From positions 310,001-374,000 of the forward strand of contig JASTWF010000336.1 in the NCBI GenBank assembly GCA_030390025.1: 64,000 nt of DNA. The letters are read 5' to 3'. Of the stretch, positions 49,736 through 61,383 are shown piece after piece; position 1 is the first letter of the stretch; each line of letters opens with the position of its first letter. Under the pieces are notes generated by a model. That model saw nothing but the letters and a program-made list of their open reading frames with translations, was not told the origin of the DNA and ran no database searches. A program made the translations under genes and the position numbers. Source of the stretch: Squalus acanthias (Eukaryota).

Positions 49736-52700
49736 CAAGAGGCGGGAGGCCCGGGTCGGGCGATTGGAGAAAGAAGTGCTCGACCTGGAGTCCCGTCTCG
49801 GTCAAGTCGTCGAGGACCCGGCCCTGCGGAAGGAGTACGAAGAGAAGAAGGGCGCGCTGAAGGACCTGCAGCTGGTCGGGTCCTGAGGCGCGTACGTGAG
49901 GTCGCGGATCCAGTTCCTGCGGGACCTGGACCGCGGCTCCCCCTTCTTCTACTCGCTGGAAAAAAGACGGGGGGTCCGTAAGCAGCTCTTGGGGCTGCTG
50001 GCCGACGACGGATCTCTGGTCTCGGATCCGGAGGGCATCAGCGCGGAGGCCCGGGCCTATTACGGGGCTCTGTTCTCTTCGGATCCGTCCAGCGAGGATG
50101 CGCGCAGAGTTTTGTGGCAGGACCTGCCGAAGGTCGGCCCGGAGGGCGCCGAGAATTTAGAAGCTCCGCTAAGCCTGGCGGAGCTGACCGGCGCCCTGCG
50201 CCAGCTCTCGAGGGGCAAGTCCCCGGGGCTGGACGGGCTGACCGTGGAGTTCCACAGGGCGTTCTGGGACGTCTTGGGGGACGACTACGCGCGGGTCCTG
50301 GGGGAAAGTCTGGCGACCGGGGAGATGCCCCTCTCTTGGCGCAGGGCGGTCATCGTCCTGCTGCCCAAGAAGGGCGATCTCCGCCTACTTAAGAACTGGC
50401 GCCCGGTCTCCCTCCTCAGCACGGACTACAAAATTTTCACCAGGGCTATGTCTGCTCGCCTTGGCACCGTGCTGGCCCGCATGATCCACCCCGACCAGTC
50501 CTACACGGTCCCGGGCCGGAGTATCCACGATAACATCCATCTGGTCCGGGATCTGGTCCACCATTCCCAGAGGGCTGGTCTGTCGGTCGCCTTCCTTTCC
50601 CTAGATCAGGAGAAGGCGTTCGACAGGGTGGATCACGAGTATCTTTTCGGGACTCTGCGCGCATTCGGGTTCGGGACGCATTTCGTCGCCCGGATCCGAC
50701 TTCTGTACGCCGCCGCGGAGTGTCTGATTAAAGTTAAAGGGTCTTTGACGGCGCCCCTTCGCTTCGGGAGGGGGGTGCGTCAGGGATGCCCCATGTCCGG
50801 TCAGTTATTCGCCGTTTGCGTGCAGCCTTTCCTGCGCCTCTTGCGGAAGAGGTTGACGGGACTGGCTCTGCAAGGGCCGGGCGTGGAGGTGGTCCTCTCG
50901 GCTTACGCCGATGACGTGCTCCTCGCGGTCACGGATCCCGTCGACTTGCGGAGGATGCGAGAATGCCAGCAGATTTACTCGGACGCATCCTCCGCCAAGA
51001 TCAACTGGGAGAAATGTTCTGGACTCCTGGTGGGCCCATGGCAGGTGGACTCCCTGCCGGAGGAGTTCGGGCCTTTCGCCTGGAGCACCACGCACCTCCT
51101 CTACCTGGGAGTCTACCTCAGCCCGGCCGAGGACGCCTGGCCGGTGAACTGGTAAGAGCTGGAGGCCAAAGTCACCGCTCGCCTAGGGCGCTGGACAGGA
51201 CTGCTCCGAGTGTTGTCCTACAGGGGTCGAGCGCTGGTCATAAACCAGCTGGTGGCCGCCATGTTGTGGTACCGGTTGGTCACTTTGATCCCTCCCCCTG
51301 CGTTTGTCGCCAAGATGCAGAAGAAGCTCGTCGACTTCTTCTGGGACAAAAGGAAGCACTGGGTCTCTGCCGCGGTTTTGAGTCTCCCGCTTAGGGAGGG
51401 CGGTCAGGCGCTGGTGTGCCTTCGCACCCAGGCGGCGACTTTCCGTCTTCAGACGCTGCAGAGATACCTGTACGTAGAGAATCCTCCTAGGTGGCGTGCG
51501 CTGGCGACGTATTTCTTCCGCCAGCTGCACGGCCTCAATTACGACACGCAGCTCCTGTTTGTGAGAGTGGGTGGCACGCGTGCCAGCCTGCGGGAGCTGC
51601 CTGTCTTCTACCAGGAACTGCTATGGGTTTGGAACAGCGTCGCCTCCGAGCGCAGTTCTCCCCCGTCAGGAGCGGCGGCCGTCCTTCGGGAGCCGCTGTT
51701 CAGGAATCCGCACCTCCACGACCGCGGGTTCGGCTGGCTTGCGGAGGGCAGGGCTGTGCCCGGTAAGGTGACCAGAGTCGGGGACCTGCTCGATGGCGGA
51801 GGAGCGGGCTGGATGGCGCCGGAGGAGTTGGCGAGGCGCATGTCCTGGGTCAACGTCCGGCTCGCGGTCAAAGCCATCGAGTCGCTAAAAGTGGCACTGG
51901 GCCCCGTCTCCACTAGGTGTGTCGAGGAGGCTCAAGCACGTGGGGCGATCCCGTCCGAACTGACCCCCGTTCGGACGGAATTCCTTATCGGCGCCCGGCC
52001 CCGAATCCTCCCTCGGGAGCCGCCGCCTCACCACTTGAGCCTTCTCGGAGAAATGCCCTCCGTGCCCTTTCAATCCGCACGGAGGCGTTTCCTGTACGGG
52101 CTGCTCCTGCACACTCTCCACTTTGCCATCTTCGTCTGCCGTCCGGACACGCCTTGGCGTACCATCCTGCCGTCCGGCGGAGGCGAAGGTCCCCATTGGA
52201 AGGCTCTCTACACGGGAGTCTTCCCTTGTTCTATTGGGGACTTGGCCTGGAGGGTGTTGCACGGAGCAGTCCCGTGCAATAGGATTTTAAGTAGGTTTAC
52301 GGACTCCCAGGCTGCTTGCCATTTCTGCGGCCTGGAGGAGTCCGTCTATCACATTTATGTTGAATGTGAGAGGTTGCAGCCCCTCTTTCATTATTTGAAG
52401 GGGCTGCTCCTCAATTTCTGGTTGCATTTCAGCCCCACGCTCCTGATCTACGGTCACCCGGTGCGGAGGGGAGCGGGTAGGTCGGAGGACCTCCTCGTAG
52501 GACTGCTCCTGGGCCTGGCCAAGAAAGCCATTAATTGGTCCAGGCAGCGGGCGGTCGAGGGGGTCGTTCGGCCCGATTGCCTGCCTCTCTTCCGCGGCCA
52601 TGTTCGCGCCCGGGTGGCCCTGGAGATGGAGCACGCGGTGTCCGCCGGCACGCTTGAGTTTTTCCGCGACCGGTGGGCGCCGCGGGGGCTGGAGTGCATC

Positions 52701-52799
52701 GTCACCCCGGACTTTCAAATTTTAATTTGATTTATTAAGTTTCATTTAAAGTTTTAATTGATTTACAGTAAATTTGGGTTCTGTCAAACCAAAAAGATG
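49736..52799 (+). mobile_element. Tx1-clade element copy 3, two nonsense mutations
   Basis: Same 5' end. TGA at 49884 and TAA at 51153. Confidence 0.92.
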
Positions 52800-53542
52800 A
52801 ACACCAGGTTATAGTCCAACAGCTTTATTTGAAATCAAATCTTTCGGAGTGCTGCTCCTTCGTCACATTTGTCCACCCCAGTCCAACACCGGCATCTCCA
52901 CATCATGTAATAAAACACACAGAGAATGGGATGTCCGGGCCGGGCCTACCTCTTACTGGGGCCGGGGGGTTTTCGGCTCCAGTCTCAGTTCATGGTCATT
53001 TTCAGTTCAGAGGTTCAGGATGAGAGTCTCTGTGAGACGGTGACACTGGCGGAGATACCCCGCGTCACAACTCAAACCCCAATACATGAGATTCTCCAAA
53101 TCACCTGGAATAAGGTGATTGTAAACTGCTGAACCCGTCTGTGAGGGCAGTGTGGGGAGATGGAATAAGGTCAGAGATTGACATGGAAGGAGACGGGTTG
53201 ACTTGTGATAGAAGGGACAGTATATCGGCGGGAATATTACTGATTGTTAATTGTAACAGGAACTTATTTAAAAGATTCTATTGTCGATAAACGGTTTGAA
53301 ATTGGCGGTTGGAGAAAGCTGGAGGTGTAGCTGGAAGATCAGAGGCCGCTCTCTGCTCTGTCTGTCACTCTTGAAACTGTCTCCTCCCCTCCCGCTCTCT
53401 CTGTTTAATCTCCCACTCTGTCTCCTCCCCTCCCCGCCTCTCTCACTCTGCGCTTTCTCAGTCAGGTCGGAGTCGGCTGTATATAAGAGCAGCCAGAAGC
53501 AGTCAGTTTCTCATTCAGCAGAAGTTTGAGTGAAGAATCATC

Positions 53543-53752
53543 ATGACTGGACGAGATAAAGGAGGCAAAGGACTGGGCAATGGCGGAGCCAAGCGCCACC
53601 GTGAAGTGCTCCGTGACAACATCCAGGGCATCACCAAACCAGCCATCCGCCGCCTGGCTCGCCGTGGCGGTGTCAAGCGGATCTCAGGGCTGATCTACGA
53701 GGAGACCATGGATGAACGGCAGGCCCGCACTCTCTATGGATTCGGCGGATGA
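53543..53752 (+). pseudogene. Histone H4 pseudogene
   Basis: Two internal deletions (102 bp total) remove most of the histone fold. Also G4D, K12N and K20E. Stem-loop retained at ~53788-53803. Confidence 0.93.
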
Positions 53753-55107
53753 ACAACTCGACATTTTCCACCAAACACAACACAAAGGTTCTTTTAAGAG
53801 CCACCCGCTGCCTCACAGAGAGAGCAGTGACCTGGGAACGGGAGCTGGGGTAGATTGTGCTCAAAAGTAGATTGTCGTCAGAAATATTAGTAACGGATTT
53901 GCGCTGTGTTCTGAATGTTGGAATCTGAATTTCGCTTTCTGTTGCACCAGATTTATTAAAAGTTTTTCCCCAGACGCCAGATGCTCCCTCGGTGAAAAAT
54001 CACATCACATTTGTTCATTGTGTTATTCTATAATAATTATCTGGCTGGTCGGGCAGGAGCCGTTGAATGGGTCACTGAAAAGAGTCCAACTTGTGAATTA
54101 TTTCCCGCCAGACGGTGATATTCGGCACTGATACTGACAGGGTTTGTGAAATTGAACAATTTCAGCTCAGTTATTCAAGGATCTGAAGTTACCGCGGTTT
54201 TTGAACCCGCTCTAACCCGATCTTACTTCTGATTGGCGGTCCGCTTCACAATCCCATTTCTTAACCAATCGCAGAGCCGCAGATTAGAAAATAAGCACAT
54301 CATTGGTTGAAATTGTCGACCTAGCAAAATGTTTGAATTTTTTTGTATTTGAAAAAGCCCGCCAATTCCAGTGCCGGAAAGAAGCGAATTAATCGAAAGT
54401 CTAATTTCCAGGGAATAATTTTAAAATCTCGGGCCTTTCGTTCTGTTATTCTCGGTTCACCGTCACACATTCCTGGCGCTGTTCCACGAACAGGTTTAAT
54501 TTGTCAGCCTCTTATCTGTAACAGGCTGCAATAAGTTTCCACTCAGCAATCTAAAATGTGCCGAGTGTCAGATCGCTCACTGCACAGTTACCGAATGACA
54601 GATTATTGGCCAAGCCCTTCTCCACGGGGACAGAGAGAAGCGACTGATTTCTGATCCTCTCCCTGAAAGTGGCGCCTAACGTCACAATCGGACGGGCGGA
54701 GGGAAAGTCTGAATGGGCTGGAGAGGAGAGGGAGAGGAATAGAGCAGGAGAGCGGGAGATTGGCGCGGGTCTCTTTCCGGTGACCAATCACAGCCTGGTT
54801 CTCCCGCCAATGAAAAGAGGGCGGAAATAACTGTCCTTCACAGTCAGACCGCCAACGAATTTTTAATTTCAAAAAGACCGCCAATATTTTCTTAAACGGG
54901 CGAATTAAGGTAATAAATTCACAATTAGCCAAAGAATTCCGAACAATTCTTTTTATTCCTTTTGTCTTATTCCATCTCTCCCTTGCTAATTGAAGGCTGT
55001 TACAATCAGGATTAATTTCGGGTTCAATTTCAAACTGTAACGGGCGGGAATCAGTCCCATTGATTCTGTAACAGGACACATTCCAGCTCAATCTCTGTAA
55101 AAGTGAG

Positions 55108-56071
55108 AAATTATAACAGAAAACGCTGGAAACACTCAGCAGGCCAGGCAGCATCCGTGGAGAGTGAAACAGAGTTAACGTTTCAGGTCGAAGACCTTTC
55201 GTCAGAACTGGAAATAGCAGGAAATGAATTAGATTTAAAGCAAGTATAAAGCTGGGAAAAGGAGGAGGGGATGAAAGAACAAAAGGAGAGATTAAGAGAC
55301 ATTCAGAGATAATCAAGGCAAGAGGAGGTGTTGATGTGACAGGTTGAGGCTGGATGAAGTGTGAAATGCACTGGCAGAATGAAGGACAGCTGCCAGCTTC
55401 TGGGAGGAAAAATAAAGGGGGGGGGCAAACAAAAGGCTGGATGAAAAAATAAAATATAAATGTGATGGGGGCCGGGGTTATGATCTGAAATTGTTGAACT
55501 CTATGTTGAGTCCAGAGGGCTGTAGAGTGCCTAAATGAAAGATGAGGTGCTGTTCCTCGAGCTTACGCTGAGCTTCCGTGGAACAGTGTAATAGGCCGAG
55601 GACGGTGAGGTCAGAGTGGGAGTGGAGCGGAGAATTAAAGTGACAGGCCACCGGGAGCTCGGGGTCCCCCTTATGGACTGAATGGAGGTGTTCCACAAAG
55701 CGGTCACCCAATCTGCATTTGGTCTCCCCAATGTAGAAGAGACCACATTGTGAGCAGCGAATACAGTACACTAAATTGCAAGAAGTACAAGTAAATCGCT
55801 GTTTCACCTGGAAGGGGTGTTTGGGGCCCTGGACAGTGGGAAGAGCGGAGGTATAAGGGCATGTGTTGCATCTCCTGCGCTTGCACAGGAAGGTGCCGGG
55901 CGAAGGGGAAGGGGTGCTGGGGTGGTAGAGGAGTGGACTAGGGTTTTGCGGAGGGAGCGGTCCCTGCGGAATGCTGAAATGGGAGGTGAGGGGAAGATGC
56001 GTTTGGTGGTGGGATCACGCTGGAGATGGCGGAGGATGATCCGTTGAATCTGGAGGCTAGTGGGGTGAAAG
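55108..56071 (-). mobile_element. Penelope-like element 3' fragment with GIY-YIG endonuclease
   Basis: 55478-55807 encodes FTCTSCNLVYCIRCSQCGLFYIGET...RFVEH...HF...E...GLN. Inserted at AAAGTGAG|GTTTCACAG relative to the empty site at ~29852-29868. Confidence 0.9.
55173..55210 (-). ncRNA. Minimal type I hammerhead ribozyme in the Penelope terminal repeat
   Basis: CAGTT-CTGACGA-A-AGGTC-TTC-GACCT-GAAA-CGTT-AACT: core boxes CUGANGA and GAAA, 5-bp stem II, palindromic ACGU stem III, AGUU/AACU stem I. Confidence 0.75.
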
Positions 56072-56399
56072 GTGAGGTTTCACAGATTACCGATCGATCC
56101 TTTGCACAGGCGCTGCTGCGGGAGTGAAACCAGAACTGGGAGTCCTTCTGAGAAAAGAGAAGAGGGACAGAGTGTTGAAACTGTCCCCATCCCCGAAACA
56201 GATTGACTCTCAACTGGCATTAAAAAAAATTGAAAAGGTCTTGACCTGCTGGAACTTCAAACCTTCTCAAACACATTTGTCAAGAAAACAATCGATTCTA
56301 AACGGAGATGCATTTGTGTCGCTCTTTCGAAGACGTTGTGGGTGGCTCTTAAAAGAGCCATTGTGTTTTGGCTTTGTTGGTTGAGGACAGCGTGGTGTT

Positions 56400-56766
56400 T
56401 TACTTGGAGCTGGTGTATTTGGTCACCGCCTTTGTCCCTTCCGACACGGCGTGCTTGGCCAGCTCCCCGGGCAGCAGCAGGCGCACGGCGGTCTGGATCT
56501 CCCGGGAACTGATGGTGTGTCGCTTGTTGTAATGGGCCAGGCGGGAAGCCTCACCCGCAATGCGCTCGGAAATATCGTTCACAAACGAGTTCATGATGCT
56601 CATGGCCTTGGAGGAGATGCCGGTGTCGGGGTGAACCTGCTTCATCACTTTGTAAATGTAGATGGAGTAACTCTCCTTCCTCGACTTTCCGCGCTTCTTG
56701 CCGCCCTTCAGTGATGGTTTTCGTGGTGCCCTTCTTGGCAGCTTTTTTCGTCTTTTCGTCAACCAT
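56400..56766 (-). pseudogene. Histone H2B pseudogene
   Basis: 11-bp deletion near 56709 relative to 30196-30573 causes a frameshift. DIFE is changed to DISE. The promoter is cut at ~56876. Stem-loop at 56344-56359. Confidence 0.92.
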
Positions 56767-56876
56767 TCTCAAACTCGATCTCAGACAGAAAATGACGGGA
56801 AGCCCCTCAGCGCTCGGATTAAATCGGCAGCCCCACAGCTCTATGCTAATGAGGGATTGGTGAAGGCAATGATTTT

Positions 56877-58135
56877 TATGAAAGGAAAATTGTGTTTGAC
56901 AAATCTGTTAGAGATTTTGAGGTTGTAACAGCAGAATAGATAAGGGGTAACCAGTGGATGTGGTGTATTTGGAGTTTCTGAAGACATTCGATAAGGTGTG
57001 ACACAAGAGGTTATTAAACAAAGGTAGGGCTCATTGGATTGGGGGTAATGTACGAGCATGGATTGAGGATTGGTTAACAGACAAAAAACAGAGAGTAGGA
57101 ATAAACGGGTCATTTTCGGGTTGGCAGGCTGAAACTAGTGGGTACTGCAAGGATCAGTGCTTGGGCCTCAGCTATTCACAATCTACATCAATGATTTGGA
57201 AGAGGGGACCAAATGTAATATATCCAAGTTTGCTGATGATACAAATCTGGGTGGGAATGTAAGTTGTGAGGAGGATGCAAGGAGGCTTCAAAGGGATATA
57301 GACAGGTTAAGTGAACGGGCAAGAACATGGCAAATGGAATATAGCGTGAAGAAATGTGAAGTTATCCACTTTCGTACGAAAAATAGAAAATCAGAGTATT
57401 TTTTAAATAGTGAGAGATTGGGAAATGTTGGTGTTCAGACGGACCTGGGTGTTCTTGTAACCAAATCACTGAAAGTTAACATGCAGGTACAGCAAGAAAT
57501 TAGGAAAGCAAATGGGATGTTGGCCTTTATTAGTATAAGAGTAAAGACGTCTTACTGCAATTATATAGGGCCCTGGTGAGACAGAAACTGGAGTATTGTT
57601 TACAGTTTTGGTCTCCTTACCGAAGGAAGGATATACTTGCCATAGATGGAGTGCAATGAAGGTTCACCAGACTGCTTCCTGGGATTGGGAGACAGATTTA
57701 GTAGACAAGGCCGATATTCTTTTTAGTTTAGAAGAATGAGAGGTTATCTCATTGAAACATACAAAATTCTGACAGGCCTTGACAGGGTAGATGCAGGGAA
57801 GATGTTTTCCCCGGCTTGGGAGTCTAGAACCAGGGGACACAGTCTCAGAATAAGGGGTCGGCCATTTAGGATTGAGATGAGAAGAAATTTCTTCACTCAG
57901 AGGGTGGTGAATCTTTGGAATTCTCTACCCCAGAGGGCTGTGGAGGCTCTGTCATTGAGTATATTGAAGACAAAGATCGATAGATGTTTGAATATTAAGG
58001 GAATCAAGGGATATGGGGATAGTTCAGGAAAGTGGAGATGAGGTAGAAGATCAGCCATGATCTTATTGAATGACAGAGCAGGCTCGAAGGGCCAAATGCC
58101 CTACTCCTGCTCCAATTTCTTATATTCTTATGTTC
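56877..58135 (+). mobile_element. Decayed CR1, inverted duplicate of 24581-25776
   Basis: Shares the same lesions, e.g. AFISIRVKTSYCNYIGPW in both copies. Confidence 0.92.
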
Positions 58136-58433
58136 TAAATGCCATTTCTCTAAAATTTGCAAAACACAATCGTCATCCATTTGCTCCTCCCATGAACCTG
58201 ATTTTCAACTATTTTTTGTGGATAACTGTTTTTAAACTATAAATGGCTTTAAAATATTAAATGGGGTGATGGTTCAGTCGAAGCAAGTTAACTATTCACA
58301 GTGGCCATTTTTAATTGGAGGGAAGGTGCCTCAGTATAGTGCTTATGTTCTGATTAAAATGATTGCTGAGTATCTTATTTGTCCCGCTTAGGATCCGAAA
58401 CAAGTAGTTAGTCTGTAAATAGAGAAACATTAA

Positions 58434-60304
58434 GTATCAGTCTTTACAGTAGAGGACACTAAGAATATCCCAACACTGGACAAACAGGGGGCTATAGGGG
58501 GAGAGGAGCTAAACACGATCAAAATCACTAAGGAAGTGGTACTCGGTAAAATAATGGGACTCAAGGCGGATAAATCACCTGGACCTGATGGCTTACATCC
58601 TAGAGTCTTGAAGGAAGTGGCGGTAGGGATTGTAGATGCATTGGTAATAATTTTTCAAAACTCCCTGGATTCCGCTAAGGTCCCGGCAGACTGGAAAACT
58701 GCTAATGTAACACCCTTATTTAAAAAGGGCAGTAGACAGAAGGCTGGTAACTATAGACCGGTTAGCCTAACATCTGTGGTAGGTAAAATTTTGGAGTCCA
58801 TTATTAAGGAAACAGTAACAGGACATTTGGATAATCATAATTTAATAGGACAAAGTCAGCATGGTTTTACGAAGGGGAAGTCATGTTTGACAAATTTGCT
58901 GGAGTTCTTTGAGGAAGTAACATATAGAGTGGATAAAGGGGAACCAGTGGACGTAGTGTATTTAGACTTCCAAAAGGCATTTGACAAGGTGCCACACAAA
59001 AGATTATTGCTTAAGGTAAAAAATCACGGGATTGGGGGTAATATTCTGGCATGGATAGAGGATTGGCTATCTAACAGAAAGCAAAGAGTTGGGATAAATG
59101 GTTCATTCTCAGACTGGCAATCAGTAACTAGTGGTGTTCCACAGGGGTCAGTGCTGGGTCCCCAACTCTTCACAATCTATATTAACGATTTGGAGGAAGG
59201 GACCAAGTGTAACATATCAAAATTTGCAGATGATACAAAGATGGGAGGGAAAGTAGTGAGTGAGGAGGACATAAAAAACCTGCAAGGGGACATAGACAGG
59301 CTAAGTAAGTGGGCAGAGATTTGGCAGATGGAATACAACACTGGAAAGTGTGAGGTGATGCACTTTGGCAGGAAAAATCCTAGAGCAATTTATTATCTTA
59401 ATGGCAAGAAACTGGAGAGTACTGAAGTGCAAAGGGATCTGGGGGTCCTGGTGCACGAAACTCAAAAGGTTAGTATGCAGGTGCAGCAAGTGATTAAGAA
59501 GGCAAATGGAATGTTGGCTTTCATTGCTAGGGGGATAGAATATAAAAATAGGGAGGTATTGCTTCAGTTGTACAAGGTATTGGTGAGACCGCACCTGGAA
59601 TACTGCATACAGTTTTGGTGTCCTTACTTAAGGAAAGACATCCTTGCTCTCGAGGCAGTGCAAAAAAGGTTCACTCGGTTAATCCCGGGGATGAGGGGGT
59701 GGTCATATGAGGAGAGGTTGGGTAGATTGGGACTCTACTCATTGGAGTTCAGAAGAATGAGAGGCGATCTTATTGAAACATATAAGATTGTGAAGGGGTT
59801 GGATCGGGTGGATGCGGGGAGGATGTTCCCGATGACGGGTGAGACGAGAACTAGGGGACATAGTCTTAGAATAAGGGGCTGCTCTTTCAAAACTGAGATG
59901 AGGAGGAACTACTTCACTCAGAGGGTGGTAGGTCCATGGAATATGCTGCCACAAAAAGCTGTAGAAGCTACAACATTAATTAAATTTAAAACAGAAATAG
60001 ACAGTTTCCTAGAAGTAAAGGGCATTAAGGGTTACGGGGAGCGGGCAGGAATTTGGACATGAGTCTAGGTTCGGATCGGTCATGGCCCTGTGGGTAGTGG
60101 AGCGGGCCCAGGGACTGTGTAGCCTGATTCTGCTCCTATTTCGTGTGTGCAATTCTGTTAGATGCAGGAGATGGTTCTGTGATAGATAGTAGATTGGCGG
60201 TTAGGATCAGATCAGCCATGATCTTATTGAATGGCGGAGCAGGCTCGAGGGGCCGATTGGCCTACTCCTGCTCCTATTTCTTATGTTCTTATGTTCTTAT
60301 GTTC
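58434..60304 (+). mobile_element. Young 5'-truncated CR1 with open RT frame, inserted 3 bp upstream of a tRNA copy
   Basis: ORF 58536-60062 is uninterrupted and near-identical to the outer element 9344-15104. Absent from the paralogous site at ~24280. Confidence 0.95.
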
Positions 60305-60307
60305 TGA

Positions 60308-60379
60308 GCGATGGTGGTATAGTGGTGAGCATAGCTGCCTTCCAAGCAGTTGACCCGGGTTCGATTAACGGCCATCGCA
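60308..60379 (+). pseudogene. tRNA-Gly(TCC) duplicate with broken T-stem and B box
   Basis: Identical to 24204-24275 except GGTTCGATTAACG in place of GGTTCGATTCCCG. Confidence 0.85.
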
Positions 60380-60437
60380 ACCGAGTTACTTTTAATACCC
60401 CTCACTGGTCAGAACTGATTTATCGTGCCTGTGCAGG

Positions 60438-60810
60438 CTGTGGCTCACTCGCCTCTGAGTCAGAAGGTTGTGGTTCAAGTCCCACTCCAGGGACCGTAAC
60501 ACAAAGCTAGGCTGACACTCCAGAGCTGTGCTGAGGGAGTGCTGCACTGTCGGACGTGCTGTCTTTCGGACCAAGGCCCCGTCTGCTCTTTCAGGTGTAC
60601 GTAAAAGATCCCATGGCACTATTCCGGTGTCCCGGCCAATATTTCTCCCTTAACCAATATAACAAAAACAGATGATCCGGTCATTATCACATTGCTGTTT
60701 GTGGGAGCTTGCTGTGCGCAAATTGGCTGCCGCATCTCCCACATTACAACAGTGACTCCACTCAAAAAAATAATACTTAATTGGCTGTAAAGCGCTTTGA
60801 GATGTCCAGC
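60438..60810 (+). mobile_element. DeuSINE (SacSINE1-like), inverted duplicate of 23795-24145
   Basis: Same tRNA-like head and Deu-domain motifs. Confidence 0.75.
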
Positions 60811-61383
60811 AGCAGGATTGTATAACAAAATAATTGCCTCTGCCATTTCTAAATTACAATTGACAAAAAACTTTTTTCAGCTCCCATAGAATGAAAAAGG
60901 ACTTTAAACTAATAAATCTGTTCTCAGTCAGAAACAGTAGTAAAAATGGTAGTTAGATACACACTAAAGGGAGAAGAGCAGAGTTCAGGTCACAAACAGT
61001 GCTGTGGATACTCCAGGGGAAGGTAATACTAAAATAATTACTGTATTTAAAGCAGCAGTTACAAATAAGAAACGTGTTAAATCAAACGGTCTGATAAAGG
61101 CAGCATCAGGGCAGAAGGACAGGTGAGGGTCTCTTTTGTTATTGGTCGTTCTCCTGCATTGTAACTACCCAGAATGGGAGTTCTTACAGAGACCAGAACC
61201 GGGACAGTTTGAACACTCTGTCCCTCTTTTCTTTTCACACAGAAGGACTCCCAGTTCTGGCTTCACTCCCGCAGCAGCGCCTGTGCAAAGTATCGATCGA
61301 TAATCTGTGAAACCTCACTTTTACAAAGATTGCGCTGGAATGTGTCCCGTTACAGAATCAATGGGGATCGATTACCGCCTGTT

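Larger units (their letters stand above)
43557..52906. mobile_element. Short Penelope-type terminal repeat (parts 43557-43586 and 52800-52906) split by the Tx1 array
   Basis: Rejoined: aatgcgagaagtcgcacaacaccaggttatagtccaacagctttatttg...ctttcggagtgctgctccttcgtca + catttgtccaccccagtcc...catcat. Flanked by g(c/t)aataaaaca (43546-43556, 52907-52917). Absent from the paralogous site at ~16125. The minus strand has a hammerhead-like core TGACGA-A-GGAGcagcaCTCC-GAAA. Confidence 0.7.

Noticed and set aside
43965..52718. Overlapping and antisense ORFs repeated three times
   Set aside because: They are shadow frames of the GC-rich Tx1 ORF2.
43587..52799. Bacterial contamination or horizontal transfer suggested by high GC
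   Set aside because: The protein is a eukaryotic L1/Tx1-type RT, and both flanks match the paralogous H1-H4 spacer with target duplications.
53543..53752. Novel 69-aa short H4 variant
   Set aside because: Most of the histone fold is deleted, tail residues are substituted, and neighbouring genes are also broken, so a pseudogene is more likely.
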